A stretch of 63,993 nt of DNA, counting the filler, from Dimargaris cristalligena (taxonomy: Eukaryota): assembly GCA_003614675.1 (NCBI GenBank). It is 4 parts of 4 records of this genome, joined end to end, with 100 filler letters (N's around TTAATTAATTAA, not from the genome) between each part and the next. Parts side by side here need not be neighbours in the genome. Positions count along the whole stretch, not along the records: positions 1 to 16,846 come from ML002828.1; positions 16,947 to 33,783 come from ML002829.1; 2 more parts are not named here. One strand, given 5' to 3'. Under the pieces are notes generated by a model. It did not search any database and was not told the DNA's origin. It saw only the letters and a list, made by a program, of their open reading frames with translations. Made by a program: the position numbers and the translations under genes. How positions within the stretch are numbered: the stretch's first letter is position 1; every line of letters starts with the position of its first letter. Of the stretch, positions 11,603-23,614 are shown piece by piece.

Positions 11603-12163
11603 ATGAAGCTCTTTCAAGCCGTCCACGAGTACGCCCAGAACTGGGCCACCGTCACCGCCGCCCATTGGCAGAAATACCCCAATGACAAGACCCCCCATGT
11701 CATTCACGTCGAGACCCTGAACCGGTCCGTCGATCCCGACACGGGTGTCCTCAAAACCGAGCGCCTCATTCTCTGCCGCCAGCCCTGTCCCGCCATCATC
11801 GCCCGGTTCCTGGGTTCCGACGATGTCTCCTATGTGCTCGAATACAGCGAAGTTGACCCCCAGCACAAGGTCCTGCGCGCCGTATCCACCAATCTCACCT
11901 ACCACAATGTCGTGGCCGTCAATGAGGAGCTCACCTACTCCGCCGACACCTCCCAGCCCCACCTGCAGCGCACCCAATTCAAGCAATCCGCCCAGATTAC
12001 CGCCTTTTCCATGATTTCCCGCATCTCCGGCTACGTGGAGGAATTCTGTGTCAAGCGGTTCCACGAGAACGCCCAGATCGGTAAACGTGCCCTTGAACAG
12101 GTGCTTGAGAAACTGGACCAGGCTAAAGTAGCGGCCACTTCGACGACCCATCTTCCCATGTAA
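11603..12163 (+). CDS. UPS2: PRELI/MSF1-domain mitochondrial intermembrane-space lipid transfer protein (Ups2/PRELID3-like)
   Basis: MKLFQAVHEY..NWATVTAAHWQKYPN..TPHV, GVLKTERLI, STNLTY..V..NE.L.Y, RFHENAQIGK.ALEQVL. Strong C3 codon bias. Confidence 0.9.
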   Translation: MKLFQAVHEYAQNWATVTAAHWQKYPNDKTPHVIHVETLNRSVDPDTGVLKTERLILCRQPCPAIIARFLGSDDVSYVLEYSEVDPQHKVLRAVSTNLTYHNVVAVNEELTYSADTSQPHLQRTQFKQSAQITAFSMISRISGYVEEFCVKRFHENAQIGKRALEQVLEKLDQAKVAATSTTHLPM

Positions 12164-12546
12164 ACCTCCCACTGGTTGGGGAAAATAGGTATGGGGTAGG
12201 CTGAGAGGTATAATATATCCCACGTGTAAATAATTTACCTTGTTGAGCCGCCTCACCTTTACAACCTACCTACCAACCACATGCTTCTGCTAAAACAAAA
12301 ATCCGCTACCTACTGCCACCCCATTTCAATCACTAGCTCTCTCTCTCTCTCTCTCCTCTTTCTCTCTAGTTTTCTTGGCATGGCATGCTAGTTTCTCTGC
12401 CAGCACTCTATCTGTGAACCGCGCACCATTCCACACACACACCCTTTGTATATTGAACAATATTTAATTCCTATTTTTTCCTTCGAACCTTCTCGAATTG
12501 GCGGTGCCCTGAGTGCTTGGTATGGAGTGAAGGTGCCACATGCGAA

Positions 12547-12695
12547 TATATGGGTGAAATTCGGCCCAGCTGTATAAGGGTTTGGGTTTAAATGATAAGT
12601 GTATGGGATAATAGGCGGGTGATTTATTTTCAACCAGTAATATTTGCCTCACCCAACGGATTTTTCGTTATACAGCTTGGATGAACTTCTCATAT
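12547..12695. mobile_element. MITE-like element copy 1 (~150 bp, ~28-bp imperfect terminal inverted repeats)
   Basis: atatgggtgaaattcggcccagctgtataa ... ttatacagcttggatgaacttctcatat. Homologous to 43842-43985 and 50878-51024. Confidence 0.75.
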
Positions 12696-14104
12696 CAGTT
12701 CGTCAGCTGCGCCACTTCTCGCATACGTATTCAATTTATTATTATCATTATTATTATTATTTGGGTTTACTCCTTCCGAACGACGAACCTGCCGATCATG
12801 TCCAATCCGGGTATTCCATATTTAAGTCACTGGGGAAATGGATTATAACGCGGACCCTTTGTCCGCACCAACCCCCCTTGCTTTATCTAAAGTTGTCCTT
12901 TCCAATAAGGCCAGGAAAAACACCCCTCCCATCGAGTGTTAGGGATTTAAGACCACTTTTGGTGTATTATACGTACCACCAAGCTTTTCTCTCGCGTTGG
13001 ATGCTAAGCACTTCCAATCTTTCAACTAATGACACCTAAAACATCGAATGAACTACTTAACCACCCCCCAAATACCGTTCCATTTAGTCTATTATAACCA
13101 ATGGATAAAGTATAGATGGATACTAGGACTCCGTGGCATCCTTAATGCATCGACAGCCATTAGTGATTGGTAATCGATGACACCCCAATTTGATGATCAC
13201 TTTATAATACTATTTTATTCACCCATCCTCCTCTCCCTTTTCCCTGCCCATAGTTGAGTGGGCCATAAATAACTAACTAACCCTATAATAGTCGGCAATG
13301 AACGAACTTTATGCCTTTAAACGGTTATTAATAATATGGTAGGGGTTAGCATAGTTTACATGTGATAATTAATTCTACCAGACATGGTTTGACTGCGATT
13401 GTATGAAAAATACAATAGGTTCACTAGGATTATACGACCTCTCCTCTCCTCAAGACATGGTACGCTGTAAACGATGCAAAGTTAAGGCTATATTGTACAG
13501 TTTTACTCGAGTATTGGGGAATAAAAGGCCAAAAGTGCAACACCTGTTTCTTCTATACTACAACAATCTAAATTAAGTGGAGGTATTCTCTGCTATCCAA
13601 AACCCTATCAACAATGGACCCATTCCTCTATTCACCAACATATAATAAAAATACCCCATTTTCAGGTTTGTGGACTAAAGACTATTTCATCCGAAAGAAC
13701 AGGCTATTCGTATGTTGCCAGTAGAGAAAAAAAATCTCAAAATAATATAAACCTAATAAAAAATCAAATAGTAAATAAATGTGTGTGTGTGTGTGTGTAT
13801 CACTATTTGGCAACAAGCCGATTAGCGAATTGTACATTGCAATAAGAAATGGATATATCAATAATAATAGTAATAATAATAATAATAAGGAAAAGCATAA
13901 CGAAAATATGTAAGTATCAGGAAATGGGTATATGTAAATATATATAAAGATCCCGTATGAACACGCAAAGCGCCCTAGACATCCCATCTTTTTCTGGGAA
14001 AACGAAAACTTAAAAATAATATAAAAAATGGAATACGATAAATTATTTGAAATGGACGTGGGGGGAGGGGGGTGTATTCAAGGGTGGAAAGGTCGTCTAG
14101 AACA

Positions 14105-16846
14105 CTATATATTTTGGGTGCGACAGAATTGGGCACTCATAGCCCCGTCGTCGTCATCCTGCACATAAATGGAGCCACGCGATCCTAGACCGAAAGTGCC
14201 GTTGGCACGTTGGATTTGGTCAGTGACAGTGCTATTACCCATAGCAGCGGAGCTATTCAAACTGGATGAGGGATCGGTATCCCCGGCCACCCGGGGGTCC
14301 AGGGCGGTCAGTTCAGTGGGGGTATATAGGAACTCTTCACCCGATTCCCAGCGGCGCCAGGCCTCGGCATAGCCCTTTTCAAGGTTGCGGGTCCAACGGG
14401 GGGTATCAAATAACCGGTTAGTATCGCGGTGCAAAAACAGATGCTTCCGCAAATTCATCACCGTGCCATGGCCCACTCGATGGTACTGGTTTGCGAGAGA
14501 TCCAAAACCAGTGGGGTCCTTGGCAGCCAATGTATGAACCGATGGCGGCGGTTCGGCCATGCGGGGAATGTAGTCGTAACGAACCGTTGTAGCTAGCTGG
14601 ACAGCAAGATCTTCATACTCCTGACCAGTCTGTACAATCATGGACTCTGCCAATCCGGTAGCGAGACATACACTGGCAGCTACCCGCGAGCATAGCTTGT
14701 GGTAGTTGCGGGGCCATGTCACAATGGGAGTGCCTGACCACAAAATATCTACCGCAGTAGTGTGGCCATTGCATTCGGGGGTATCTAGAAACACGTCAGC
14801 TACTCGGCCCCGGTGGATATGAACTTCTTTGGGAGCGACATCCGTGAAGACGATACGCTGGGCCACTGTAGGATCACCGGCATGCCACTGGAGGGCAGTG
14901 CGGGTGAGATGCTCTTTACCCGCCGCCGGGAAATTCAGGAGCCAGATAATCGACTTGGGCACCCGCACCAAAATCTTGATCCAGATCCGGAAAATAATTG
15001 GGTCGATCTTGTACAGCTGGTTAAAGTTGGCGAAAATAAACCAGTCGTCGGGGAATTGCGGGAAGAGCTCGTGGCGCATGGCCCAGCGCCGGTCTTGTTC
15101 GTAGAGCCAGCGGGTTTCCAGTTGGGCCTCGGTCATGTGGTCCGATAAGTGAAGATGACCGGGTGAGATATCATCCTTCTCACGGAAGCCCTGCCGGTGG
15201 TCGTCCACAAAGTAGCTATGGGGCATGTAGATCATACGTTCCGTATACACCCACTGGTCACTGTCTTCCTCGGGGTCCAGCTCCCCCTCATCCAGGGCAA
15301 GCTGTAGGGCAGGCTCAACCCCAGCCAGAGAAGCGGATAGGGCCAGTGTGCCCGTATCCGACAACCCTAGTGTGGTGGTGGTTGTGGGGGGGAGCTCACT
15401 ATTGGCACTGCCAGCGGCCATTTTCTGATGTTGCTCCTGGCGGCGCTTGTACCAGAGTTCGGGCTGTACCGTGTCTTGTGGGCATACGATAGGGTCAGTG
15501 ACGAACCAGTCGGTCCATTGGGCGCCAAGGGTACCGGCAAATCCCATGTAGCTGATTTGGACGGGCGCGGGACGGGCCGCAAACACTTCATTACGGGCCC
15601 CCTTAGTGTACCCATTCAAATTGATCAAAATATGGATCTGGTCCTGTAGGACCCGTTCGATGATGTCCTTCGTGGCCCAGCTGGACACGTCCAGGAATAC
15701 ATCGGCCTCTCGTTCAATCTTCTGGCGGTAGGGCGAGTGATCCGACGCGGTGGTGGCATAGCAGTAGACTCTAAAGCGGTTACGGTTGTGGAACCCAAAG
15801 ACCGACTGCATCAAATGGGACAAAGGGTGGTTATTGAAATCAGACGAAATGTAGCCTAGGCGGAGGTGGGGGTTAGGCGGGGGCGGGGGCCGGTATACAG
15901 TGGGGGGGAGCCAGGGTGACGTGAGAGCTGCGTGGGAGATTCGCAAACCGTTGCGGTGTGAAATGAGACGAACTTGGCGACCGTCCAGTGGGTAGGTGAA
16001 GGTATGGAATGGCAGGACCGTGGGTAGAGGCGGGGTCGGTAGGGGAGGTAAGGCGGGTCGGGCATAACGCCGGGCCACCTCCTCAGGGGCCAGGTTCACC
16101 TCCCCACGGTGGTACATGTCGATATACCAACGGCGCTGTACCCAGCGGATACACCGTTCCACCACCCGGATGCACCACCCGCCTTCGTTGCGAATAGTGG
16201 ACCGTAGGTAGTCGAGCTGGCGCTGAACAGCTGCCGATGGTGACAGCGGCGCCGAAGAAGCGGAAGGGGAGCGGAGCCCCGACTGTTGCTGTTGAAGAAG
16301 CCGATACCAGTAGTGGAGCTTGCATCGCAGAGGTACTGCTTCGCTATCCGGACCAAAAGCAGTAAGAATCCCAGCTAGGAAGGTGCTGAGGGCGACAGCC
16401 GAACCACTGGTAACGGTACTGGCGGTGGCGGGGAACACGGTACCTTTGCCATAATCTTGTCCTTCTTGAAGTTGCCGAGCGACAATGGCCACCACCTTGT
16501 CCATCCATCCGAACGCGCCTATTTCAACGGATGCCTGGTCGGGACTCAACGAGTAAATAGACTTGGCGGCGACAATACGGTAGAGCTTGAGGGTCACTTT
16601 GTCGGATGCCGCACCTGCATTAGTACTTCCGCGGAGGGCGGGGTCGACGACGACAAGAATACCGCTCTTACTGCCCGTCCGCCCACGCCAATCACAGACA
16701 CCACTGAGGGCATTGGCCATGCCGCATAGAGCATCGACAAAGTCGGGGTTTTCCTCGACAGCCCGGATGTAATACTGCACGCTGTCCTGTACCCTACCCA
16801 TATCTTTAACGGCGTTACCCAGGTTGGCGTAGGCCACGTCGAATTT
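14105..16846 (-). CDS. OGT: O-GlcNAc transferase (GT41, OGT/SEC-like), 5'-truncated at the assembly gap
   Basis: Last TPRs (AYANLGNAVKDMG..), DFNNHPLSHLMQSV, ILINLNGYTKGARNEVFAARPAPVQ, NFNQLYKIDP, DTPECNGHTTAVDILWSGTP. Confidence 0.95.
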   Translation of the reverse strand, partial: KFDVAYANLGNAVKDMGRVQDSVQYYIRAVEENPDFVDALCGMANALSGVCDWRGRTGSKSGILVVVDPALRGSTNAGAASDKVTLKLYRIVAAKSIYSLSPDQASVEIGAFGWMDKVVAIVARQLQEGQDYGKGTVFPATASTVTSGSAVALSTFLAGILTAFGPDSEAVPLRCKLHYWYRLLQQQQSGLRSPSASSAPLSPSAAVQRQLDYLRSTIRNEGGWCIRVVERCIRWVQRRWYIDMYHRGEVNLAPEEVARRYARPALPPLPTPPLPTVLPFHTFTYPLDGRQVRLISHRNGLRISHAALTSPWLPPTVYRPPPPPNPHLRLGYISSDFNNHPLSHLMQSVFGFHNRNRFRVYCYATTASDHSPYRQKIEREADVFLDVSSWATKDIIERVLQDQIHILINLNGYTKGARNEVFAARPAPVQISYMGFAGTLGAQWTDWFVTDPIVCPQDTVQPELWYKRRQEQHQKMAAGSANSELPPTTTTTLGLSDTGTLALSASLAGVEPALQLALDEGELDPEEDSDQWVYTERMIYMPHSYFVDDHRQGFREKDDISPGHLHLSDHMTEAQLETRWLYEQDRRWAMRHELFPQFPDDWFIFANFNQLYKIDPIIFRIWIKILVRVPKSIIWLLNFPAAGKEHLTRTALQWHAGDPTVAQRIVFTDVAPKEVHIHRGRVADVFLDTPECNGHTTAVDILWSGTPIVTWPRNYHKLCSRVAASVCLATGLAESMIVQTGQEYEDLAVQLATTVRYDYIPRMAEPPPSVHTLAAKDPTGFGSLANQYHRVGHGTVMNLRKHLFLHRDTNRLFDTPRWTRNLEKGYAEAWRRWESGEEFLYTPTELTALDPRVAGDTDPSSSLNSSAAMGNSTVTDQIQRANGTFGLGSRGSIYVQDDDDGAMSAQFCRTQNI

Positions 16847-16946
16847 NNNNNNNNNNNNNNNNNNNNNNNNNNNNNNNNNNNNNNNNNNNNTTAATTAATT
16901 AANNNNNNNNNNNNNNNNNNNNNNNNNNNNNNNNNNNNNNNNNNNN
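16847..16946. other. Artificial contig spacer (100 nt, Ns plus TTAATTAATTAA six-frame stop linker)
   Basis: Identical structure at 33784-33883 and 50693-50792. Confidence 0.97.
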
Positions 16947-17779
16947 TCCCCGGTTGCCCTAGTTGTCCCTATCTGAAGATCAGATAAGAATTGTCCCCGC
17001 CGAAGTGCGTGTTTCACTTAGCTAGTTAGTTTTTCCCACTAAACTGAGGCTGCTCCAGTTGGCCCTGATAAGGTTATCGGGCTATATTACCTTGTGGCAT
17101 TAATTGCAACCACAACAAAGGAATAAAAGGAGAAAGATAGAGAAAACAATTTTCGCATGAAAATTTTTCCTTTCTGCTTTGGGGAAAGTAATATTTTTAC
17201 GGATTTTTTTTCTTTCCCCTCTATTAACATAATATGTTTAAAAAACGTATTTTTTATCAATGAGTGGGATAAAGAGTAAGGGTTGGTAGTATCATAGGGA
17301 AAACGAAAGTGACCCAATCATTGACTATGTACATCAATGCCAGCTCGAAATATATCCAACTACTATAACTATGCCAACTATTCGGCCTCATGGAGAAAAG
17401 TGGATGGGGTGAGTTGTAGGTTATGGAACCATATGAAAAATATTGAGCTAGTTTGAAAGGGGATAAAGTGAGAGACAGAGAGAGCGGGGGGGTCGTATTT
17501 ACTAATTACCGGCAGACATTCCCCAGAACTCATTAATAGTATAAATATTGGTAACTTTCGCCTTCAGTTTCTCAATTTCAATATCATACTCACCCTTACT
17601 CTTACCCTCGCCCCCATCCCCATAGCCATTCCCATATCTTTCCTCCTTGTGAGCACCGTTGTCTACACTACTTCACTACTTAGTCCTTCCCCCCGCTACA
17701 TCGTCAGTCTCGCCCACCCTAAGTCTATTGTCGCCCCCCTCTTCTCCCATTACCCCTATTTACTCCGCCGTTATTCACC

Positions 17780-18121
17780 ATGCGTTTCGTCTGCCCCGGC
17801 ACGCTCGTTCTCGTCACGTCTGTGACGGTGACTCTGGTTCTTGCGCACCCGCTACCCCATGGTTTAGACCACCGCTAGTCCGACGAGTCCGCCACCTACC
17901 TCGTACGTCGTACCCCAACCTCCAGGGTGGAAACCAATGCGCCAATTAATACACCCCCTGCCCAAATAGATATACGTGTTGGCGAAGACAACACGTTCAA
18001 AAAAATTGATCAGTTCAGCACTAAGAAACTCTTGGTCACACTCAAAAGAACTAATGCCAGCAGGTCTTCAAAATCCAATACACGCCGAACTAGTCGTAGT
18101 TCATCAGTGACCTCTTTATAG
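17780..18121 (+). pseudogene. Signal-peptide ORF interrupted by one in-frame TAG (17876-17878)
   Basis: MRFVCPGTLVLVTSVTVTLVLAHPLPHGLDHR*SDESATYLVRRTPTSRVETNAP... stays in frame to the stop at 18121. TATAAATA at ~17540, and CACC precedes the ATG. Confidence 0.55.
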
Positions 18122-19295
18122 AAACTACCCTGGTATATCCGATGGATCCACAGGTTTAGTAGTTAAATATATATATATATATATAAAAAGCTATACACAA
18201 TGATATAAGGGCCATCCTGGCGAGTTATGTCCCCCATTTGTTTCAGGTACGGGTATTTGTGATGAAAATGGGATGTTCTTGAGTACGTTGCATTCTTAGC
18301 CCCACTAACCCATACCTCTAAGGTAATGAAAAAATAAGTTCAATCAACAGTTAATTAATTAATAAATAATAATACTAAAGAATAGATGGCAAGTAACGAT
18401 TTGAGTTAGCCCATCACGATATTGCTGTGACGTGGGGTTTTATATAATGGTACTCGTCTCAACTGTATAAGGTTTGGAAAGTAATTTATATGCGATTATG
18501 TTTACAAATTACGTCTTTTACATAGAAGGGGTTGCTTCAAGCGGATTTTGTTCTATACGGCTATATTGATTTTCTCCTATATTGTGTACATGTTGGGATA
18601 TAAACTCCACCCATCTACCCCCTCCACTCACTCTTGATGGTTAAAAAACAAAAACATTAAGTCGGACCAAGGCCAAAGCAAGGGATAATATGTCTGTAAA
18701 TTAGATTACACTGTGCCCCTCGCCAGTACATGAAAGGGAGTAACTAGCAGGATTCAGCTTATTATAGCGAATTATCAATGGAGGTGGAGGAGTTCCCGGT
18801 TCACCTACTCTTCGTACCAACGTCTTATTATTATACTTATTATTAGCTATTGTAATCTTTTACATGCACCCATAGACGCAGGGCATCGGGTGTATTAATC
18901 ATTGTGTTATAGTATTCTAAATCGACCCCCCTCTCCAAGGAGCTGAGCATCACATTAGCACAATACTAGACTCTATTCGTGGATTTTTTTAAAAAATGTG
19001 GATAAATCTATGATATATTTTGGAAATATATAGGCAAAGGCGGGTTAATGAAGAATATAGCCCTAGGACAACTCGATGCAACATTATAAACTCAATATTT
19101 CGATATAATGCACCGCAGTTTAAGTGAATATAGCACCAACTTGCGGCGGATAATGTATATATACCTAGAAAATATCTGACTGTGTGGACAAAAAAAAAAG
19201 AACCCTGTCCTAAAGACAGCTATAAAGGCCATCAGATATTTATAAACCAAGCCCCATCCATGGGGGTCCAGAGCCCAGGTATTGCGGGAACCCAA

Positions 19296-21872
19296 TTAAT
19301 AGTTATGGCGGGGCTTAAGTTCGGCAATCGCATCATTCATTTTATTGACAACTTTTTGAACCAGCGTGTTGCGAACCAAATAATTCATGGAACCATCCTG
19401 ATGAAGCGAGTCCAATCCAAGGGTCACCACTCCCGCATCCATGGATGCCGCGGTGAGTGACACGTCCTTGGCACTATCACGGTCATTGAAGGGCGAAGCC
19501 GGGGGCCGGACCCATAGGGTCACCTGTCCACTGGCCACGATAGACCAATCGACCGGGGCCACCGTGAAGGCGACCTGCAATATCCGGCCCAAAGCCACAC
19601 AGCGAGCCGTATCCGCCTCCCCCACCAAATCGCCCAAGGCCTGGATATGATCGGCCGGTAGGGGATCCCCTCCGTACCGATTGTACAGCACAAGGGCCAC
19701 ACAGGCGCGTTCTGCCGGGGTTAACGACACTGAGCCCGAGGCCAACACCGGGTAGGCCGACGCTGTGACGGTACGACTGCCCTGGCCACCGGCGAATAGG
19801 GCCAGGCCAGCGGCACTGTCGAGGTTGGCATCGCCAGAGGTGACCAAATTAGCGGTGGTCAGGGCGGCCCAGAGTGCGCGGGATGTCGAGGTGAGTGGGT
19901 GGGATTGTGATTGGGCCGGGATGGTGGCGGAAGCGCTGAGTAAGTGGTAGTGGTAGTCAATGAGTTGGATCCACCGGCGAAGGGCGGCTATCCACGCTTG
20001 GGGCGGGTCGGTCGCCGTCGTAGAAGTGGAAAGGCGGGCAGTGCGGATTGCTCGAATGGCCTCTACCAGTGGGTCCTGATCCCACGACCACCAAGTTGGT
20101 TTCGGGGCCAAGCCTAGAGCCCGAGTCTGGCGTTGTAGGTACAGACCCTCCTCCTCCTCTTTATTCGCCGGGTTACTATTACTGCTAGAGGAGGCCAACA
20201 TGCCAATATCCGCCCCCGGGCGAGGAATTGCGGATAAGAGAGTGGCCAGTACGCCCTGCTGAACCCCCGATTCCGAAAAATACACCCGATCCACCGCGCT
20301 CGACAGCCACGGCTCCAAACTACGTACCAAGAAACACACCGCTGGGATCATCTTCGCCCGCCGTTTACTGATGCCGGGGATTTGTTTCAGCTTCTTAAAT
20401 TTAAATTCCTTGTCCTCTTCGATCCGTCGGACCAGCTCCAGGAAATCGGGTCGACTCAAACTGTACCCGTGCACGATGGGGATGGGTTCATTGCGCGTGT
20501 GAATGGCAATGTAGGCTAGGGCCCGGAACCCGCCGCCGGAGAGATACAGGTTGCGGCCCAGGGTGGCATTTTGGCGGTGGCGCGGGCGGCGATGCTTATG
20601 CCGACGAGTCGAGGCGGCCGTCACGGCGGCGGCCGCAACGGGATCGGCCTTCGATTGGATAGCGGTCAGAATTTCCGAAGCCAGTTTCTGATGGGCCTTC
20701 TTTTCGGGATTAGCATCGAGGCGCTGGGTCAGTACGGCGGCACCGTAGGGGAAGGAATAAAACTGATCCACAGGTACCTGGCCATCATCAGTATAATTGT
20801 CGTTGGATGGCGTGGCAGGTTCAGGTAACGGATGAGACAGAAACGAATCGATCGGATCGATGATCGCTTCCTGATCATTACTGTAGGCCGCTTCGTATTG
20901 ATTAGCCGCTAGTTCGAGACTACCGCCACCCAAATCCATCGTAAAACCATCGAGTTCCGTGAAGCCCGACTGAATCCCCAGTGAAGTAAAATAACTTTCC
21001 TGTTCGGAGGCGATGGTCTGAATCAGCCAACCCGCGGGATCCCAGGCGTACTGAAAACCCACTGGACTCGGCTCCACTGCAGCCACGGTTGTTGACGCGA
21101 ACGACGACGCCAAGCCAGACGACACTGGTGAAAAGGTAGCTGGTTCCCCACCACCACCACTACCACTACCACCGTGGGACCGCGTGGCCTCTCGGATACG
21201 ATTGATCAATTCCAATCGATTGGTGGCTACCCGGGTTGCCTCCGTGGCGACAATGCTAATGGCCTGGACGCGGAATTGCGTGCAAATGGCCTGGAAATAA
21301 GTGAACGTATCGACCACCTGCTGGATAACCGCTTCAGGGATGAACCGCTTAGACGGGTCGGCCGGGTCGGGCACCAGTTCGGCGCTGAGGGAAATGGGGG
21401 CCCGTTGCCGATAGAGGACGGGGAAGTGCCGCAGTGAGGTCAAGGCCCCCTCCTCGCGGGTGAGGTGGGAGGGGCCACCGCCATGGTTGCCGGAGGCCTG
21501 GTGGAAACCATAAATACCGAGACGGATACCGTTGGAACCCATATCCACAATGGCAAACGGAGGTCGTACCAATGTGACGGGGCAGGCGACCATAGTAGCA
21601 GCAGTAGGGTCGGAATCCATAGTTGTGGACGAACCTAGCTGTGGGATGGTAGAGGCGGCTGCTGGTTGAAGGAATGCCGGCGGCGGTGGTGTACAATACA
21701 ACGAGGAAGGAAAGAAGCCCAAAGGGGCGACCGTCGGGGAATGGGTAGTAGAAAAGGGCGAAACCGAAGCAGAAGCTGGGGTGACGAAGAAGTCCGAGGA
21801 AAAAAGGGGAAACGAGCAAGGTCCAACTAATAATACAAGGGACCTCAGCAAGAGGTGGGCAAGTGGCCCCAT
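19296..21872 (-). CDS. RTG2: Ppx/GppA-family protein, retrograde regulation protein 2-like (alternative start at 21620)
   Basis: FAIVDMGSNGIRL, IVATEATRVATN, MDLGGGSLEL, SFPYGAAVLT, LYLSGGGFRAL, VYFSESGVQQG. Confidence 0.85.
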   Translation of the reverse strand: MGPLAHLLLRSLVLLVGPCSFPLFSSDFFVTPASASVSPFSTTHSPTVAPLGFFPSSLYCTPPPPAFLQPAAASTIPQLGSSTTMDSDPTAATMVACPVTLVRPPFAIVDMGSNGIRLGIYGFHQASGNHGGGPSHLTREEGALTSLRHFPVLYRQRAPISLSAELVPDPADPSKRFIPEAVIQQVVDTFTYFQAICTQFRVQAISIVATEATRVATNRLELINRIREATRSHGGSGSGGGGEPATFSPVSSGLASSFASTTVAAVEPSPVGFQYAWDPAGWLIQTIASEQESYFTSLGIQSGFTELDGFTMDLGGGSLELAANQYEAAYSNDQEAIIDPIDSFLSHPLPEPATPSNDNYTDDGQVPVDQFYSFPYGAAVLTQRLDANPEKKAHQKLASEILTAIQSKADPVAAAAVTAASTRRHKHRRPRHRQNATLGRNLYLSGGGFRALAYIAIHTRNEPIPIVHGYSLSRPDFLELVRRIEEDKEFKFKKLKQIPGISKRRAKMIPAVCFLVRSLEPWLSSAVDRVYFSESGVQQGVLATLLSAIPRPGADIGMLASSSSNSNPANKEEEEGLYLQRQTRALGLAPKPTWWSWDQDPLVEAIRAIRTARLSTSTTATDPPQAWIAALRRWIQLIDYHYHLLSASATIPAQSQSHPLTSTSRALWAALTTANLVTSGDANLDSAAGLALFAGGQGSRTVTASAYPVLASGSVSLTPAERACVALVLYNRYGGDPLPADHIQALGDLVGEADTARCVALGRILQVAFTVAPVDWSIVASGQVTLWVRPPASPFNDRDSAKDVSLTAASMDAGVVTLGLDSLHQDGSMNYLVRNTLVQKVVNKMNDAIAELKPRHNY

Positions 21873-23614
21873 ATAAACGAACTACAGTATCTTTGGGACA
21901 CCCCCACACACTCTGGCAAGTAATAAACCACTATTAGAAATAGAAAAGGGATACTTACTATAGGTGCAAAGCATAACCAACGTGGCCTATTTTGGTAATT
22001 AACCGCCACCTTTTACCAGGCAGACATGTTCACTAGGGTCAGTGGACTGGGTTGGTGTAAATACTAAGCGCAGTAATGATCTGTATAGTATACTCGTGGG
22101 TATTGTAAGGGTGAGAGAGTTGGGGTGTGAAAAGGATAGTCGGCGATGCTATTGTTCAACCTCAAACAAAACCTGGTGGGATATATATAAAGATATACAA
22201 ACGAATCAATAAATAACTATATTTATAGGTGTGTGTATAAGAGTAACCCGTATTCCGTCTAAAGAGGCCTTGTTACAAGGAAATGAAAGCGGGTTGCCGC
22301 AAAATAACCCCGTCAGGCGGATCAACTCAACCTGCAGCCTCCTTACCGCACTGCCGGCTAACCAACCAGTCAACGGCCTCCTACAACCACCACCCACGGC
22401 CCGTAGAACGTCGTTGTAGAAGTAGGGGGAGAGCATTTTACGGGGCCACCGCTACTCCCCTTTACCCCCTTAAACTACACCTACCCGGCTACCCCTTCTT
22501 TTTTAAGTACCGATTGGAATCAGCCGATTTACACACAGCCCACCGCGAAGCTGTTGCGGAGAGAGAATAAGTGAGCAAGAAGCCCCCCCCCCCCGCGCTA
22601 TTCTATGACGTCCACCATACCGTGCATAAAAATGGGTCAGATGAGGAGGAGGAATGCGACTATGCTATAATATCCATCGCTCGTATACATGTAGAGGCAG
22701 CCCGATAGAGGTTACGAAACCAATCTATATCTATATATATAAGAATCCTATTTCGGCTTAATTAATTGGTATGTATAGCTTGCTGGGATTATCACCCGAG
22801 GTCCAGCATAAACTCGTTCATTCATCTCCCGACCCCCTAAGAATTCCGGGGTTTGATGGCATTTGACGTCAGTCGATTAGGCTTTTAGGTAATCCGCTTA
22901 TTTGGAACCGCCCTATTGTATATTATACTATACGCCGTGAGGATGATATGAGGGGTAAGAACCGGCGGCGGGGCCATTAGTAAGGGGCACTTGCTTTTGA
23001 TGATGAAAAATACGATTGCTTCTTCCATTGAACCTATTGGCCATACTCACTCGCCCCTTTCCGATCTTAAGATTATATAGGCTTAATTGTCCCTTTAGAT
23101 CTAACATCTCGATGGAAGAATGTGTGAATCAAGAGCGTCCTATCTCTTATTCCCCGGTATTTGGATGGTTGGTACCTGAAATGTCGTCATTTGGAATACC
23201 GAAACACCAGAGGTATTCGCTTGCATTGACAAGGCATGCAAGTTGTTATATTCCCTACGATTGATCAGTAATGCACAATAATATCCGGCAACATAATAAC
23301 CCTTCTAAGGAATACAATAACATTCAATGTATTTACACATTGTTATACTAACCACGTCCATCATAGTTTATTAGATGGCCATATCAGAGAGCAATCTACA
23401 ATTTAGACTGCTGCCTGGGATAGCAAAACAATAATCTAGTTCAAACAAGTCGTAAAAACCCAATTCTCTCCAAAATAACAAATGCACTTCTTTTCTACCC
23501 CACCATAATCCCAAACATCCCAATGAGCGGCTGCTTTTGGTCTATATGGCGTCAGAACGAGAATACGATAGTAAATATATTCATCTCGCCTCCATATACC
23601 GATTTATTCGCAAT

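Noticed and set aside
11576..12256. 226-aa antisense ORF over the PRELI gene (and similar shadow ORFs over OGT, RTG2 and the TF)
   Set aside because: Explained by the GC3 codon bias of the sense gene.
16847..16946. TTAATTAATTAA palindrome inside N-runs (three occurrences)
   Set aside because: Artificial six-frame stop linker between contigs; not biological. Gene adjacency across these spacers is unproven.
17876..17878. Genome-wide TAG reassignment (alternative genetic code)
   Set aside because: TAG ends several genes here at plausible C-termini (USP, OGT, both LRR genes).
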